64,000 bases of DNA from an uncultured virus (IMG/VR IMGVR_UViG_3300045421_000122) (Duplodnaviria; Heunggongvirae; Uroviricota; Caudoviricetes): the IMG/VR virus record IMGVR_UViG_3300045421_000122. One strand, 5' to 3'. Positions 35,244-45,471 of this stretch are shown here, one piece after another. Position 1 is the first letter of the stretch. The number at the start of each line of letters is the position of its first letter. A program made the position numbers and the translations under genes. Under the pieces are notes generated by a model. That model saw only the letters and a program-made list of their open reading frames with translations. It was not told the origin of the DNA and did no database searches.

Positions 35244-38200
35244 TTACATCCTCCATAATTACTGTTCCTGTTTTAGTTTTGCCCAGAACAAATTTATAAG
35301 CATTGCCCTCTTTTATATGCATGTATGCTTTTGCAAAAGATGTTGGAAATATTGTAACAGACTGTAAGTCTCTAGATGTATCTGCTATCGTTAAAGATGC
35401 CATTCTTTTTCCTTTTTTAGTTAACCTTGGTTTAAATGCTATAACAAACATTTCATCATCTTTGTATGGCAATTGTCTATAATTTAAAAATTTAACAAGT
35501 GCATTTGATGAATTTTTTATTTCATCGACGGGAATTGCAGAAACAATGCGATTATCATTAGCAACAATAATATAAGTACGACCAGTCTCAATAACGGTAT
35601 TTTCATCATCAAATACACCAACAGATCCAGTTTTATCTAAAATCTCAACTCTTGACCAACCCTTTCCTCTTTTAATTATTTTAACCATTCCCATTAAAAT
35701 GAAAGATCCTTTTTCTTCAAAATCACAAATTTCATTAATAAACGCATGATAATGAGAAGGAACTGTAATGTTAAATTCTGGCAAGTTTAAATACTCATAA
35801 AGATTTTCATTTATTTTATTTTGATCTTTAGGATTATCTTCAAACGTTAATGCTCCAATGCAATTCATAGATTGAAGAGCACGACTGTTAGTGCCGCTGC
35901 CTTTTGTAAATGTAAAATTTTCTACTTCTTTGTAAGATTTAAATGGCCTTGCCGCTATGTATTTTTCTGCAATAGTATTAGAAATCCATTTAATAGCAGA
36001 TAAACCAAATCTAATTCCTTTACCTTCAATTTTAAAATCAATATCTGATTCATTTATATGAGGTAATTGAATTGAGATACCCATACGTTTTGCTTCAATT
36101 AAATATTCTGTTCTTGTATCTTTATTATTCTCATTTTTAAGAAGAGCAAACATAAACTCTAACGGATAGTAGTATTTGAGCCACGCCGTCCAATACGAGA
36201 CAGTACTGTAAGCAACGGCATGTGATTTGTTGAACGAGTAACCAGCATGAGCCTCAAAACTATGCCACAAATCCAAAGCGGTGTTAGGAGTAATAAAAGC
36301 AGAAGCGCCTTTAACGAATTTATCTTTGAATTCATCAAACTCCCTAGCATCTTTCTTTTTTCCAATAATCTTACGAACTTTGTCAGCCTCAGCCATTGTC
36401 ATTTTGCCAAGTTCAACGCAAGTTTGCATTACTTGTTCTTGGTATAGGATACACCCATATGTTTCCTCTGTAATTGGTTTTAATACTTGATGCAAATAAT
36501 CAATATTTTGACGTCCATGTTTTCTAGCGATATAGTTTTTACCAATTGTATTCATGGCTCCTGGACGTACTAAGGCATTAGATGCAGCCAATTCGGCAAG
36601 ATTTTTAACTCTTATTTTTATTAAAAGATTTGTATATGGAGTGGCTTCACACTGAAAAACTCCTTTTGTATAACCATCAGATAACATATCGTACACATTT
36701 TTATCATTTAGGTCAATTGTAAGAAGATCTATCTTTGTTTTATCTCTTTTTTTAACAATGTCTATACAATCTTTAATTACGCTTAAAGTTTTTAATCCAA
36801 GAGCATCAATTTTAATAAGTCCAATCTTTTCAGCCTCTTCCATATCAACACCAACAACTGGAATACGTTCATTAGACCCTGGAGAGGAACGAGTTTCCAT
36901 TGGAGCGTGTCTAAAAATTGGCTCTTTGCTTGTTACAATACCTGCAGCATGAACGCCAGTGCCACGAATTCGACCACGAAGTTGTTCGCCGTATAAAATT
37001 ACTTCTGGATATTTTTCACGAAACCATTCAGAATTTTTAGAAGTTACAAAATTATCCCATGTGTCAACAGTTTTTAAAACTTTATTAACATCCGAAAGAG
37101 GAATGTTTAGTGCACGAGAAACATCTCTTACTACCCCTTTGTCTTTAAACTCTAAAAAGGTAGCAATTGAAGCAACATGTCTATATTGTTTAACAAGATA
37201 ATCTTTGACTTCGTCGCGCCTTGAATCTTGAATATCTGTATCAATATCAGGAAAGTCATTACGCTCTGGATTAATAAAACGGAAAAACAATAAATTATTT
37301 TGTATAGGATCAATTTCAGTAATTCCAAGTAAATAACATAATAAAGATCCAGCAGATGATCCACGACCAGGACCAACCATAATATCTTCTTTTTTAGCCC
37401 AGTTAATCATATTGCTTACTACAAGAAAATATGGTGCAAATTTTTTATCACGAACAATTGTTAATTCTTCATCAAGTCTTTTTTCATATATATCATTACC
37501 AAGCCAATTACTATTAAGTTTATATTTTTCAAGATTTGCAAATGCTAAATTTGCTAATTCTTGATCTGGATTTTTATATTGAACTGGTAAAAGATTTAAA
37601 CCAAATTTTAAATTATAATCTTCTATTTTATTTGTTATTTCTAGTGTTGATTCAAACATTTCTTTATCTATAATTCCATGTTTGGCCATAGCATTACTTA
37701 TTTCTTCATAAGAAAGCAAATGAATATCAAACGAACGGAAAGACATTTGACGATTTGAACCATACAAATAATCAAGACGATCCATCATATTTTTTTGTTT
37801 TTTAGATTTTTCATATGTAACATCTTTTTGTAATTTTGTATGAGTATTAAGAATTAGCATCATTTCTTGAATAATTTTTTGATCAACTGTAGAATGATGA
37901 CAATCTGGTGTAACAACAATTTTTACTTTATATGCCTTAGCAAGTTCAATAAGCGACTCATTTATTTCTTTTTTGTTATGTGGCATAATCTCAATATAAA
38001 AATCATCAATAAAGTTTTCTTTAAACCATTCAATATGTTTTTTTGCTTCTGCGTATTCTCCCAATTCAATTGCTTTTGCTATAAGCCCACTTATACAACC
38101 AGATAAGACAATAATGCCCTCTTTATATTTCTGTAAAACCTCAAAATCAATTCTTGGTTTTTTATAAAAACCTTCAGTCCAACCAATTTCATTTAGTTTA

Positions 38201-38520
38201 TTTAAATTTTCTAAACCCTGTTGATTTTTAGCAAGAAGAATAATATGAAAATAATTAAGATCAAGCGGACCAGTTCTGTCAACTTTGTCACGCTTATCAA
38301 ACCTATTGTATGCAATATATGCTTCTGTACCAAGAATGGCTTTAATACCTGCCTCTTTACAGATACGATACATTTCGCGATGCCCTGACAAAGTACCGTG
38401 ATCTGTAATTGCAATTGCAGGCATACCTAGTTTAACTGCACGTTCTACATATTCCTGTGGAGTAGCCACACCATCCATTAAAGAATAATGGGTGTGGACA
38501 TGAAGTCCAACGTAAGACAC
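35233..38520 (-). CDS. dnaE: DNA polymerase III alpha subunit (family C)
   Basis: PHP HVHTHYS..DG, GRGSSAGS, PDIDTD, YSFNKSHA; no intein visible. Confidence 0.96.
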   Translation of the reverse strand: MSYVGLHVHTHYSLMDGVATPQEYVERAVKLGMPAIAITDHGTLSGHREMYRICKEAGIKAILGTEAYIAYNRFDKRDKVDRTGPLDLNYFHIILLAKNQQGLENLNKLNEIGWTEGFYKKPRIDFEVLQKYKEGIIVLSGCISGLIAKAIELGEYAEAKKHIEWFKENFIDDFYIEIMPHNKKEINESLIELAKAYKVKIVVTPDCHHSTVDQKIIQEMMLILNTHTKLQKDVTYEKSKKQKNMMDRLDYLYGSNRQMSFRSFDIHLLSYEEISNAMAKHGIIDKEMFESTLEITNKIEDYNLKFGLNLLPVQYKNPDQELANLAFANLEKYKLNSNWLGNDIYEKRLDEELTIVRDKKFAPYFLVVSNMINWAKKEDIMVGPGRGSSAGSLLCYLLGITEIDPIQNNLLFFRFINPERNDFPDIDTDIQDSRRDEVKDYLVKQYRHVASIATFLEFKDKGVVRDVSRALNIPLSDVNKVLKTVDTWDNFVTSKNSEWFREKYPEVILYGEQLRGRIRGTGVHAAGIVTSKEPIFRHAPMETRSSPGSNERIPVVGVDMEEAEKIGLIKIDALGLKTLSVIKDCIDIVKKRDKTKIDLLTIDLNDKNVYDMLSDGYTKGVFQCEATPYTNLLIKIRVKNLAELAASNALVRPGAMNTIGKNYIARKHGRQNIDYLHQVLKPITEETYGCILYQEQVMQTCVELGKMTMAEADKVRKIIGKKKDAREFDEFKDKFVKGASAFITPNTALDLWHSFEAHAGYSFNKSHAVAYSTVSYWTAWLKYYYPLEFMFALLKNENNKDTRTEYLIEAKRMGISIQLPHINESDIDFKIEGKGIRFGLSAIKWISNTIAEKYIAARPFKSYKEVENFTFTKGSGTNSRALQSMNCIGALTFEDNPKDQNKINENLYEYLNLPEFNITVPSHYHAFINEICDFEEKGSFILMGMVKIIKRGKGWSRVEILDKTGSVGVFDDENTVIETGRTYIIVANDNRIVSAIPVDEIKNSSNALVKFLNYRQLPYKDDEMFVIAFKPRLTKKGKRMASLTIADTSRDLQSVTIFPTSFAKAYMHIKEGNAYKFVLGKTKTGTVIMEDVNVN

Positions 38521-38527
38521 TATTTAA

Positions 38528-39175
38528 TTACCACTCAATATTTGATGAAGCAACAGATGGTGTATCAAAACCAAGATAAAATGCTTCTTGCTGAGCATAA
38601 GGAATTTTATTAAGAGCCTTTTCTATTACGTATGGCTCAACCTTTGACCAGTCAAATGGTTCTTTGTCTGGAGTTCCTGGAATTAATGTGTAACTTGTTT
38701 CAGTACCTTGGCCGTTTCGCTTTAATTTCCATGTGAGATTTGAAATGCTACCAGTTTCAAGTGCATACTCACGAATTGTATTAAATGATGATTGTTTGCT
38801 TACGCCCATAGCCCAAATTGCAGTGTATGGCTGTTCAATACCATCATCAACTAAAACGTTGCAGTAAAAACGAAGACGTGCTCTCCAGCCAGCCTTTGGA
38901 TCTTTGCGATGCATTTCTTCTGCCCAGTCACGACCCTCTGAATCAATTGTGTCAAGAGCACGACGCTTGTAATCTTTTGGATTTGTATGCTCTTTAACTA
39001 CCATAGCAAGACCGCGAGTCTGGCTGTAATTTGAAGAATCTTCATCTAATTCTTCAACAAAACGAATTTTTGCTGATTGTCCGTCTGCCAACTTAAGCCA
39101 ACGAACTTTGTTTCCTTCATATTTTGGTTTATCAACTAAAGCGCTGATATTTTTTAACCCTTTTACTATTGTCAT
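38528..39175 (-). CDS. ssDNA-binding protein (gp32-like)
   Basis: KLADGQSAKIRF, KRNGQGTETSY; lies between primase and DnaE. Confidence 0.7.
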   Translation of the reverse strand: MTIVKGLKNISALVDKPKYEGNKVRWLKLADGQSAKIRFVEELDEDSSNYSQTRGLAMVVKEHTNPKDYKRRALDTIDSEGRDWAEEMHRKDPKAGWRARLRFYCNVLVDDGIEQPYTAIWAMGVSKQSSFNTIREYALETGSISNLTWKLKRNGQGTETSYTLIPGTPDKEPFDWSKVEPYVIEKALNKIPYAQQEAFYLGFDTPSVASSNIEW

Positions 39176-39189
39176 TTTTCTCCCCTTTT

Positions 39190-40113
39190 TTATTCTAGCA
39201 TAGCGACTATTGAATTGTCAAACTTATAATTTAGTTTTTTAATTTCTTCATCGCTCATTTCGCCTATGTCTTTATATTTTTTGTCAATGTTTACAACAGC
39301 GACTTTAGAACCTATTTTACCTACAATACGCTCTGTCATAATAGCCCCCGCTTCATCATTGTCTGCTACTAGTATAACATCACTGAAATACTTTTCCAAT
39401 AAATTCATCTGAGTAGATGAAACATTAGCCCCTAGCGTAGCAACTGAGGGGAAACCTACCTGATCTAGCCTAATTGCATCAAAAGAAGACTCTACAATAT
39501 AAACAAACTTAAATGATCTAACTCTGTGCAAATTAAATAATATTTTTGATTTTTGTAGTCCTAAAGTATTTTTAAAATCTTTACCTTCAATTGATCTGCC
39601 TACAAAACCAATAGTAATTCCATCTGGAGACTGAACTGGTATAGTCACATAATCCTGTTTTTGAGAATATCCCAAACCAAATTTTTTAACAGATTCTTCT
39701 GTTATTCTACGACTATAGAAATAATTCATTGCTCTAGGTGATTCTATTGCTTGATTATTTAATCTTTTAAGCAATACCTCGTCAAATTGCACAAATTCAG
39801 GTTCAACGTTTAATTTTTTATCAATTAATTTAACAATATCCGTTTCAATATTTTTTTGTCTAATGTATCTAGCAGATTCAAAATAAGATCTCTTTGATAC
39901 AGCCATAATGAATTCTGTAAGATTTTTGCTAGTCTGACAACCAAAACAAAAAAACAAACCCTTTTCTTTAGATACCGTTCCAGCAGGAGTTCTGTGATTA
40001 TTATGAAACGGACAAAATATCATGAAATTACTTTCAGTTTGAGAAACAATCTCAATTCCAACTCCGTTTAATGCTCGTTCCACCTGTTCTTCATTATATA
40101 TTTCATTAAACAT
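39190..40113 (-). CDS. DNA primase (CHC2 Zn finger + TOPRIM)
   Basis: CPFH..CFGC, VESSFDA, DNDEAG. Confidence 0.92.
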   Translation of the reverse strand: MFNEIYNEEQVERALNGVGIEIVSQTESNFMIFCPFHNNHRTPAGTVSKEKGLFFCFGCQTSKNLTEFIMAVSKRSYFESARYIRQKNIETDIVKLIDKKLNVEPEFVQFDEVLLKRLNNQAIESPRAMNYFYSRRITEESVKKFGLGYSQKQDYVTIPVQSPDGITIGFVGRSIEGKDFKNTLGLQKSKILFNLHRVRSFKFVYIVESSFDAIRLDQVGFPSVATLGANVSSTQMNLLEKYFSDVILVADNDEAGAIMTERIVGKIGSKVAVVNIDKKYKDIGEMSDEEIKKLNYKFDNSIVAMLE

Positions 40114-41332
40114 TTTTTGCCTCAAAATCTTTATATCTGTAATAACCTTTATCAAAATCTACTTGAACTAAAAAGTCTCCCATAAAACCATTTCTATTTT
40201 TTCTAAATGCACATTCAATGATATCACTATTTGATGCACGACCAAGAGCAAGAACCCAATCTGCATCATATGCAATTTGTCTTGACCACGCTGTTTGACC
40301 CAAAGTTGGCACGGTATTTAAATTAGTAACATCATCAGGAGTAGCAGAAGAAATAGCAATAATTGGAATCTCTTCACTAATAGACATAAGTTTAAGTTCA
40401 CGAGATAGGCTTTTCATTCGTACCGTTTCATTTTCTGATTTTTGGTTTGGACTCATGAGTTGCAAATAATCAACAACTACAAAGTTTGGTTTGTATTGAT
40501 CTACCTTTCCACGAATAACATGTGGTGTAATTTCTCCACCACTGTCATTTGAAACAATATAAAATGGTGGTTTATTTTTAATTTTATCTTCATGCCATTT
40601 TTTAAGCACATCTGTCTCTGCTTCGCCATTGCACAATTTTCTGTGAGACCACAAGCCCTCTCCCATAATTGCATATACACGATTGCGGACCTCTACTTCC
40701 GACATTTCAAGACTTATAATTAATGGAGTCTTGCCCTGCTTCCATGACTCCACAGCAAAATATAAGGATAACCAAGATTTACCAATTCCTGGATAAGCCA
40801 AAAAAATACCAAGTTGACCTGGCATAATTCCAGAAGGAAGATAATTATCAAATCCTGGCAAACCAGTTTTAATACCTATTTTACCAAGTTGTTGTTCTTT
40901 ACGAACATTTTCAAAATATGCTATGGCAGACTGAATATCTGTTGCATCAATATCACGAACCGCAGCAGTGTTCTTTTTTAACTCTGCCGTTTTTGTTATC
41001 AAATCATTTAATGCGGCAACGCCATTACCAGCCTGTACCTGTGCTGCGGTAGATCTTAGTATGTCCTTGATGGTGTCATTTAAATACTCTAACTGCAACT
41101 CTTCTAGGTGATATTTGGTAGATCCAATATTATTTTCTGGCAAAAAGTCTCTAAACTTTTCTACCACTAATTCTAACGGAGGTACAGAACTATTTATTTC
41201 TGCATACTTGCGAATAAAAACCCATAAATCATTATGAGTGCGTAGTATAGAGTCAATATTAGCCTGTAACAAAATATGTATTTGTTTGTCTTTTAATAGC
41301 GCCGATATTAATTTTGATTCCGTATTACTCAC
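40106..41332 (-). CDS. dnaB: DnaB-like replicative helicase
   Basis: AYPGIGKS, SLEM, VVVDYLQLM, KNRNG. Confidence 0.93.
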   Translation of the reverse strand: MSNTESKLISALLKDKQIHILLQANIDSILRTHNDLWVFIRKYAEINSSVPPLELVVEKFRDFLPENNIGSTKYHLEELQLEYLNDTIKDILRSTAAQVQAGNGVAALNDLITKTAELKKNTAAVRDIDATDIQSAIAYFENVRKEQQLGKIGIKTGLPGFDNYLPSGIMPGQLGIFLAYPGIGKSWLSLYFAVESWKQGKTPLIISLEMSEVEVRNRVYAIMGEGLWSHRKLCNGEAETDVLKKWHEDKIKNKPPFYIVSNDSGGEITPHVIRGKVDQYKPNFVVVDYLQLMSPNQKSENETVRMKSLSRELKLMSISEEIPIIAISSATPDDVTNLNTVPTLGQTAWSRQIAYDADWVLALGRASNSDIIECAFRKNRNGFMGDFLVQVDFDKGYYRYKDFEAKNV

Positions 41333-41633
41333 TTAACCACCTTTTGCCCAACTCTCTGCGCTCCTGTCTTTCTTTTAAATCTTGTTCTATTGTTATCTTG
41401 CTATTTAAAATTTGCTGTGCATGATAACTAAAATAATTCCAAGTAGGATTTTGTGCTGTAGAAAAATAATATTCTAATAAATCATAACACGTTCCCAAGC
41501 CATAAGAGTCTAATAAAGCATCTGCGACCCACTGTTCAGCATTGAAATTTATTACAGACTTGGCTTCGTATTTTTGTAAATACAATTTGTTATATCTACT
41601 CAGCAAAGCCATTCGGTCTTTGCGCTTTGCCAT
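41325..41633 (-). CDS. hypothetical protein (possible helicase partner)
   Basis: Directly upstream of dnaB; start revised. Confidence 0.7.
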   Translation of the reverse strand: MAKRKDRMALLSRYNKLYLQKYEAKSVINFNAEQWVADALLDSYGLGTCYDLLEYYFSTAQNPTWNYFSYHAQQILNSKITIEQDLKERQERRELGKRWLSE

Positions 41634-41634
41634 A

Positions 41635-41844
41635 TTATTGTGTCGGTATCTCTGATCTTGCTTCTCTAACTTTTTCAATTAGTTGAGTTTCAACTAATTT
41701 ATATATACGATTTTGTGCCTGTATAATATCTTCATCTTGACGAGTACAATCTGTAATTCCTAGATCAACTCTTAGTGATTCAAAGTTGCCTAGATTTAAA
41801 GTATAACCTAGAGTTGCTGATACTCTTGCTGCTTCTGTTTCCAC
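41635..41844 (-). CDS. hypothetical protein
   Basis: TLNLGNFESLRVD motif; GTG start with RBS. Confidence 0.7.
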   Translation of the reverse strand: METEAARVSATLGYTLNLGNFESLRVDLGITDCTRQDEDIIQAQNRIYKLVETQLIEKVREARSEIPTQ

Positions 41845-41860
41845 TATTCCCCCCAAAGGA

Positions 41861-42403
41861 CTAGATTTTTTCTGACCAGACTGGAATAAATCTTCCGTCT
41901 TCTGTTCTTGTATATGTAAGTATACCATCACCAATTCTGCGTGTCAATTCTTGAGTTGTAGGCGTAATTCCATTTGTAATTAATTTATCTTTTCTAGGTC
42001 TGCCTAAATGATAACTTGCGAGTATATCACGAATTTCTTTTACTTGAGATTCAGAATAATATGCTCTAATTTGAAATCCTCTCTTTCCACCTTCTTGTGC
42101 CCCAAGCGGAGGCGGAATGATTCCTCGTTTTATTAAACTTGGCATATATTTTCTATGCCTATTGACAAGTTTAGCAGTTTCTGATACAGTAAATGCTCTT
42201 TCTCTATTTTTTCTAAAATCAGATCTTAAACAGGTTTCCAGTCTATCCTGAGTAATATTATAAAAAGTTACCATGCCAGTTGATCTAGAACTGTGATAAA
42301 ATCTAACAAGGTTGTTATTTACAAACCAAATTTTTTTATTACCTTTAATTACAGGCTCGTTATTATAACCTTGGACCTCAATTTTTCTTGGTCCATAAGC
42401 CAT
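41861..42403 (-). CDS. MerR-like HTH DNA-binding protein
   Basis: FTVSETAKLVNR...RGIIPPP...YYSESQV. Confidence 0.7.
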   Translation of the reverse strand: MAYGPRKIEVQGYNNEPVIKGNKKIWFVNNNLVRFYHSSRSTGMVTFYNITQDRLETCLRSDFRKNRERAFTVSETAKLVNRHRKYMPSLIKRGIIPPPLGAQEGGKRGFQIRAYYSESQVKEIRDILASYHLGRPRKDKLITNGITPTTQELTRRIGDGILTYTRTEDGRFIPVWSEKI

Positions 42404-42576
42404 GTGCCCTCCTTACTGCTTGACGGGGGATGAAAAAATTTTCTATATCCGCAAGTCAGGCAATATATTTCTAAATGTATTGAACTAGAATATTGTCTAT
42501 CAACAAACATTCTACGATTGCATTTTGTGCAATAAAGAAACAAAAAATACCCCTCAGTTTGAAATACCAACAGCAA
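42349..42576 (-). CDS. zinc-ribbon protein
   Basis: CTKC...CLTCG; true start uncertain. Confidence 0.65.
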   Translation of the reverse strand: MLLVFQTEGYFLFLYCTKCNRRMFVDRQYSSSIHLEIYCLTCGYRKFFHPPSSSKEGTWLMDQEKLRSKVIITSL

Positions 42577-42997
42577 TTATATTAACGTTTAGAGAAAGGT
42601 CTCCTGATGCGCCAAACCTTACAACCCCTTCTACTCTTGACACAGTAATTGATTTTAAAATAACTGTAACATTTTGTCCAGCAGGAGTATTTCCAATATT
42701 AACTGGTGTTGCAGTAACAATTGGTGGAAATTTAAAATCTGTTTTGAAATTATATTCAAAAGTTTTTTCGTTACCAGCGCTTACTGTTGAGTTGTTTGCC
42801 ACCTCTCTAAAACCACCAACAATTTGTAATTCAGAAGTTTTTAAGTTTTGTTGTGCGGCAGTAGCCGTGTCAATAGTACTATTTTTATAAGTAGCAGAAG
42901 ACACCTGTGTAGATATATCATTAATTGTATTAGCCAATTCGTAAATATATGTTACGTCTAAGGGTTGACCTCGTTCTGGTAGTGGTATTTTAGCCAT
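42554..42997 (-). CDS. minor tail/structural protein (H-type-lectin-like C-terminus)
   Basis: FKFPPIVTAT, VNIIAVG. Confidence 0.65.
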   Translation of the reverse strand: MAKIPLPERGQPLDVTYIYELANTINDISTQVSSATYKNSTIDTATAAQQNLKTSELQIVGGFREVANNSTVSAGNEKTFEYNFKTDFKFPPIVTATPVNIGNTPAGQNVTVILKSITVSRVEGVVRFGASGDLSLNVNIIAVGISN

Positions 42998-43023
42998 TAT
43001 TCTCCTTCATTCAATTATATCAG

Positions 43024-43437
43024 TTATAGCGAAGTTGTGTTAGATTCAAAAATAGTGAGTGTTTCATTTCTTTCTTTAACTGCTCCAGCGATTTGCACTG
43101 CAACCCTAACATTGCTCGTTGCTGCTCCTTTTAAAAATAGGTATGAATTAGTTGAGGTTGTGCCGTGATAAGAATATGATCCTCCATCAAATTTTGTAAA
43201 AATGTCATAAAAAGGTCTGTTTTCTTCATTTCCCCAAATTGTTGTTATTGCAGACCCGCTAACAGCAATGGTGCCACTTACTGCATTTGGTGTTACAGAA
43301 TCGACAGTAAATATTGGTGACCAGTGAGAGATTCTGTTTTTATCTTCTGAGATAATTCTAAATCTAGCAGAATAAACATTATCAGACTGTACTGGGGGAA
43401 GTTGATTTTTTAGAATTCTTAATACTTTATTAGCCAT
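43024..43437 (-). CDS. minor tail protein
   Basis: Beta-rich; position in the tail operon. Confidence 0.6.
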   Translation of the reverse strand: MANKVLRILKNQLPPVQSDNVYSARFRIISEDKNRISHWSPIFTVDSVTPNAVSGTIAVSGSAITTIWGNEENRPFYDIFTKFDGGSYSYHGTTSTNSYLFLKGAATSNVRVAVQIAGAVKERNETLTIFESNTTSL

Positions 43438-44558
43438 TATGAAACTCCTATTGAAAATCTGAACTCTACATAGTTATTTGTATTTGGTGATTTAATAACT
43501 GTTTCTGCATCTGTATTTTTAACAACTGTATATCCAGTTAAACCATAAAGAGGATTTGTAGTAGATGTATTTTCTAGTCTTAAGGCATCTAAAGCAATAT
43601 AATAATCATCTGATGGGCTTGAACTAACTTCTACTGATGCATATATTCTTACAATATTTACTACATCCCAGGTAAAACTAGCACTTTTAAATAGTTCTTG
43701 AATTTCTTTTGAAATTACGTAATATCTATTTGTTGTAAAATCAACATCATCTACCCCATCTTCTAATTCTATTTTTAATCTAGCATATTGATTATCTGGC
43801 GCAGAAAAATCAATTAAAATTTTAACTTTGTCTGGAGATGCTCCAGAATCTCCATCTTTATTTATTAAAGAAAAAGCAAACCTTAGTTCGTCTGTAGGAG
43901 CATTTTTTGTAAAATCAACAGCAGTGCCAATTCCAGTTAATCCAACATATTCTGATCCAGCCTGCACAGCAAAACCAGAAGTTGCTGATGCTGTTAATTC
44001 TGAAGTATCTCCCTGAAGAACTATAATATTATTAAAGAAACGACATCTTTCGTATATTTCATTTCTACCATCTTTAAAAAAGATAGCATTATCTGCATTT
44101 GTTTGAAATACAGAATCTTCAACTGCAATAACATTATCATCATTTGGATCGTCTAGGGGTTCTGAAACTAAATCTATTGCAACTGCAGAAGTACCAGAAT
44201 AGTATTGCCATCCTTCATTTGCTGTAAAAGCAAAAATTATTTTACTATCATATGCTCCTGCGGAAGGATTTGTTCCAGCAGAATATATTCCAATCTCAGA
44301 AATTTCATATCGTTCTTCTGTTGGTAATTCTGCTGTAAGGACTAATTTACTTACTCCACCTTCTGTTACAAATCCTCTTGAAGAGATTGGAACACGAAAC
44401 ATTTCAAGATCAAGGTTTTCTTTTGCTGAGTAGTCTCCATATGAATCTCCTGTTTCTAGGGGCTGTGGACCACATCCTATGGCTATGTAAGAGGCATAGG
44501 CAGGGGCCTGACCAAGCAGGTATTTGCCAATAATATTCTTACCAGTATTAGTTATCAT
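43437..44558 (-). CDS. minor tail/baseplate protein
   Basis: MITNTGK...IAIGCG...ISEIGIY pattern typical of baseplate/fibre-base proteins. Confidence 0.7.
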   Translation of the reverse strand: MITNTGKNIIGKYLLGQAPAYASYIAIGCGPQPLETGDSYGDYSAKENLDLEMFRVPISSRGFVTEGGVSKLVLTAELPTEERYEISEIGIYSAGTNPSAGAYDSKIIFAFTANEGWQYYSGTSAVAIDLVSEPLDDPNDDNVIAVEDSVFQTNADNAIFFKDGRNEIYERCRFFNNIIVLQGDTSELTASATSGFAVQAGSEYVGLTGIGTAVDFTKNAPTDELRFAFSLINKDGDSGASPDKVKILIDFSAPDNQYARLKIELEDGVDDVDFTTNRYYVISKEIQELFKSASFTWDVVNIVRIYASVEVSSSPSDDYYIALDALRLENTSTTNPLYGLTGYTVVKNTDAETVIKSPNTNNYVEFRFSIGVS

Positions 44559-44564
44559 TATTCA

Positions 44565-45470
44565 TTAAACTTCCGCCTCATATATTGTACCACTTTGACT
44601 AATTTCAACCTCTAATTGTTGATCATCTTCTAAATTATCAAGTTCTATAATTAAATCTCCAGTCTCTGTTTCTATATAAACATATGCTCCAGAAGGCCCA
44701 TCGCCTTCTCCTTCACCTAAAATATGATTTTCTAATTTTATAGGGAAATTAATAAAATATTTATCAGAGGTATCTTGAAGACTAAGTATGTTATTTGGAT
44801 TATACTGTTGTTGAATAGATGTAAGATTTTTTATTGGTCGATATGAAACGGTTTGTCCATTAATAGTGTCATTTCTAGCAATGTTTAATAACTCTTGTCC
44901 ACCAATGTCTTCAAATATTAAATCTGTCATTAAATCGATAGGAATTGTGTCTTGATCAATTACAAAAGTATCTAATGGAGCAGTTTTAATTGGTGGTTTA
45001 ACAACTTCTGTTTTAATTTCTGGTAATTTAGGTGGAGTTGGTGAGGGAGCATCAACAAGAGAAGTAAATAATCCGCTGCCAGTTGAAGTACCGCCGCTGC
45101 TAGTTGAAGTACCGCTGTCACCACGGTCAACCACCGCTGCCCTTTTTACTCCTGTTAAAGGATCAATATCTGGATTAGCAGCAAAGTATGCATTAGCCTG
45201 TGCCTGAAGTCTTTCAGACATTGCATTCATTGTTGCTTGAGAATTAACAGATGAAATTGTTGCTTGAGAATTAACAGATGAAGTATTAAGTTTTGGAGTA
45301 ACTGTAGGTTGAACTAATTTACTACCACTTGCTCCTGGTCCACCACCTTTGGGCAACGCCCCTTCTGGTCTAGTTGCGCGAGCGGCTGGCAAAATAAGGG
45401 GAATTCTATCTTCTCTTTGATTAGAGGTAATTATTTTAGGTTTGCCCCCACCTGAATTTTCGCTTGGCAT
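44565..45470 (-). CDS. minor tail protein with low-complexity N-terminal half
   Basis: LIFEDIGGQEL C-terminal domain; 27-nt duplication (SSVNSQAT x2) near 45231-45283. Confidence 0.65.
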   Translation of the reverse strand: MPSENSGGGKPKIITSNQREDRIPLILPAARATRPEGALPKGGGPGASGSKLVQPTVTPKLNTSSVNSQATISSVNSQATMNAMSERLQAQANAYFAANPDIDPLTGVKRAAVVDRGDSGTSTSSGGTSTGSGLFTSLVDAPSPTPPKLPEIKTEVVKPPIKTAPLDTFVIDQDTIPIDLMTDLIFEDIGGQELLNIARNDTINGQTVSYRPIKNLTSIQQQYNPNNILSLQDTSDKYFINFPIKLENHILGEGEGDGPSGAYVYIETETGDLIIELDNLEDDQQLEVEISQSGTIYEAEV

Positions 45471-45471
45471 T

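Noticed and set aside
35233..38520. Intein or intron in DnaE (also checked terL, DnaB, RecA)
   Set aside because: Lengths are normal, the ORFs are continuous, and I see no intein splice-junction or LAGLIDADG motifs.
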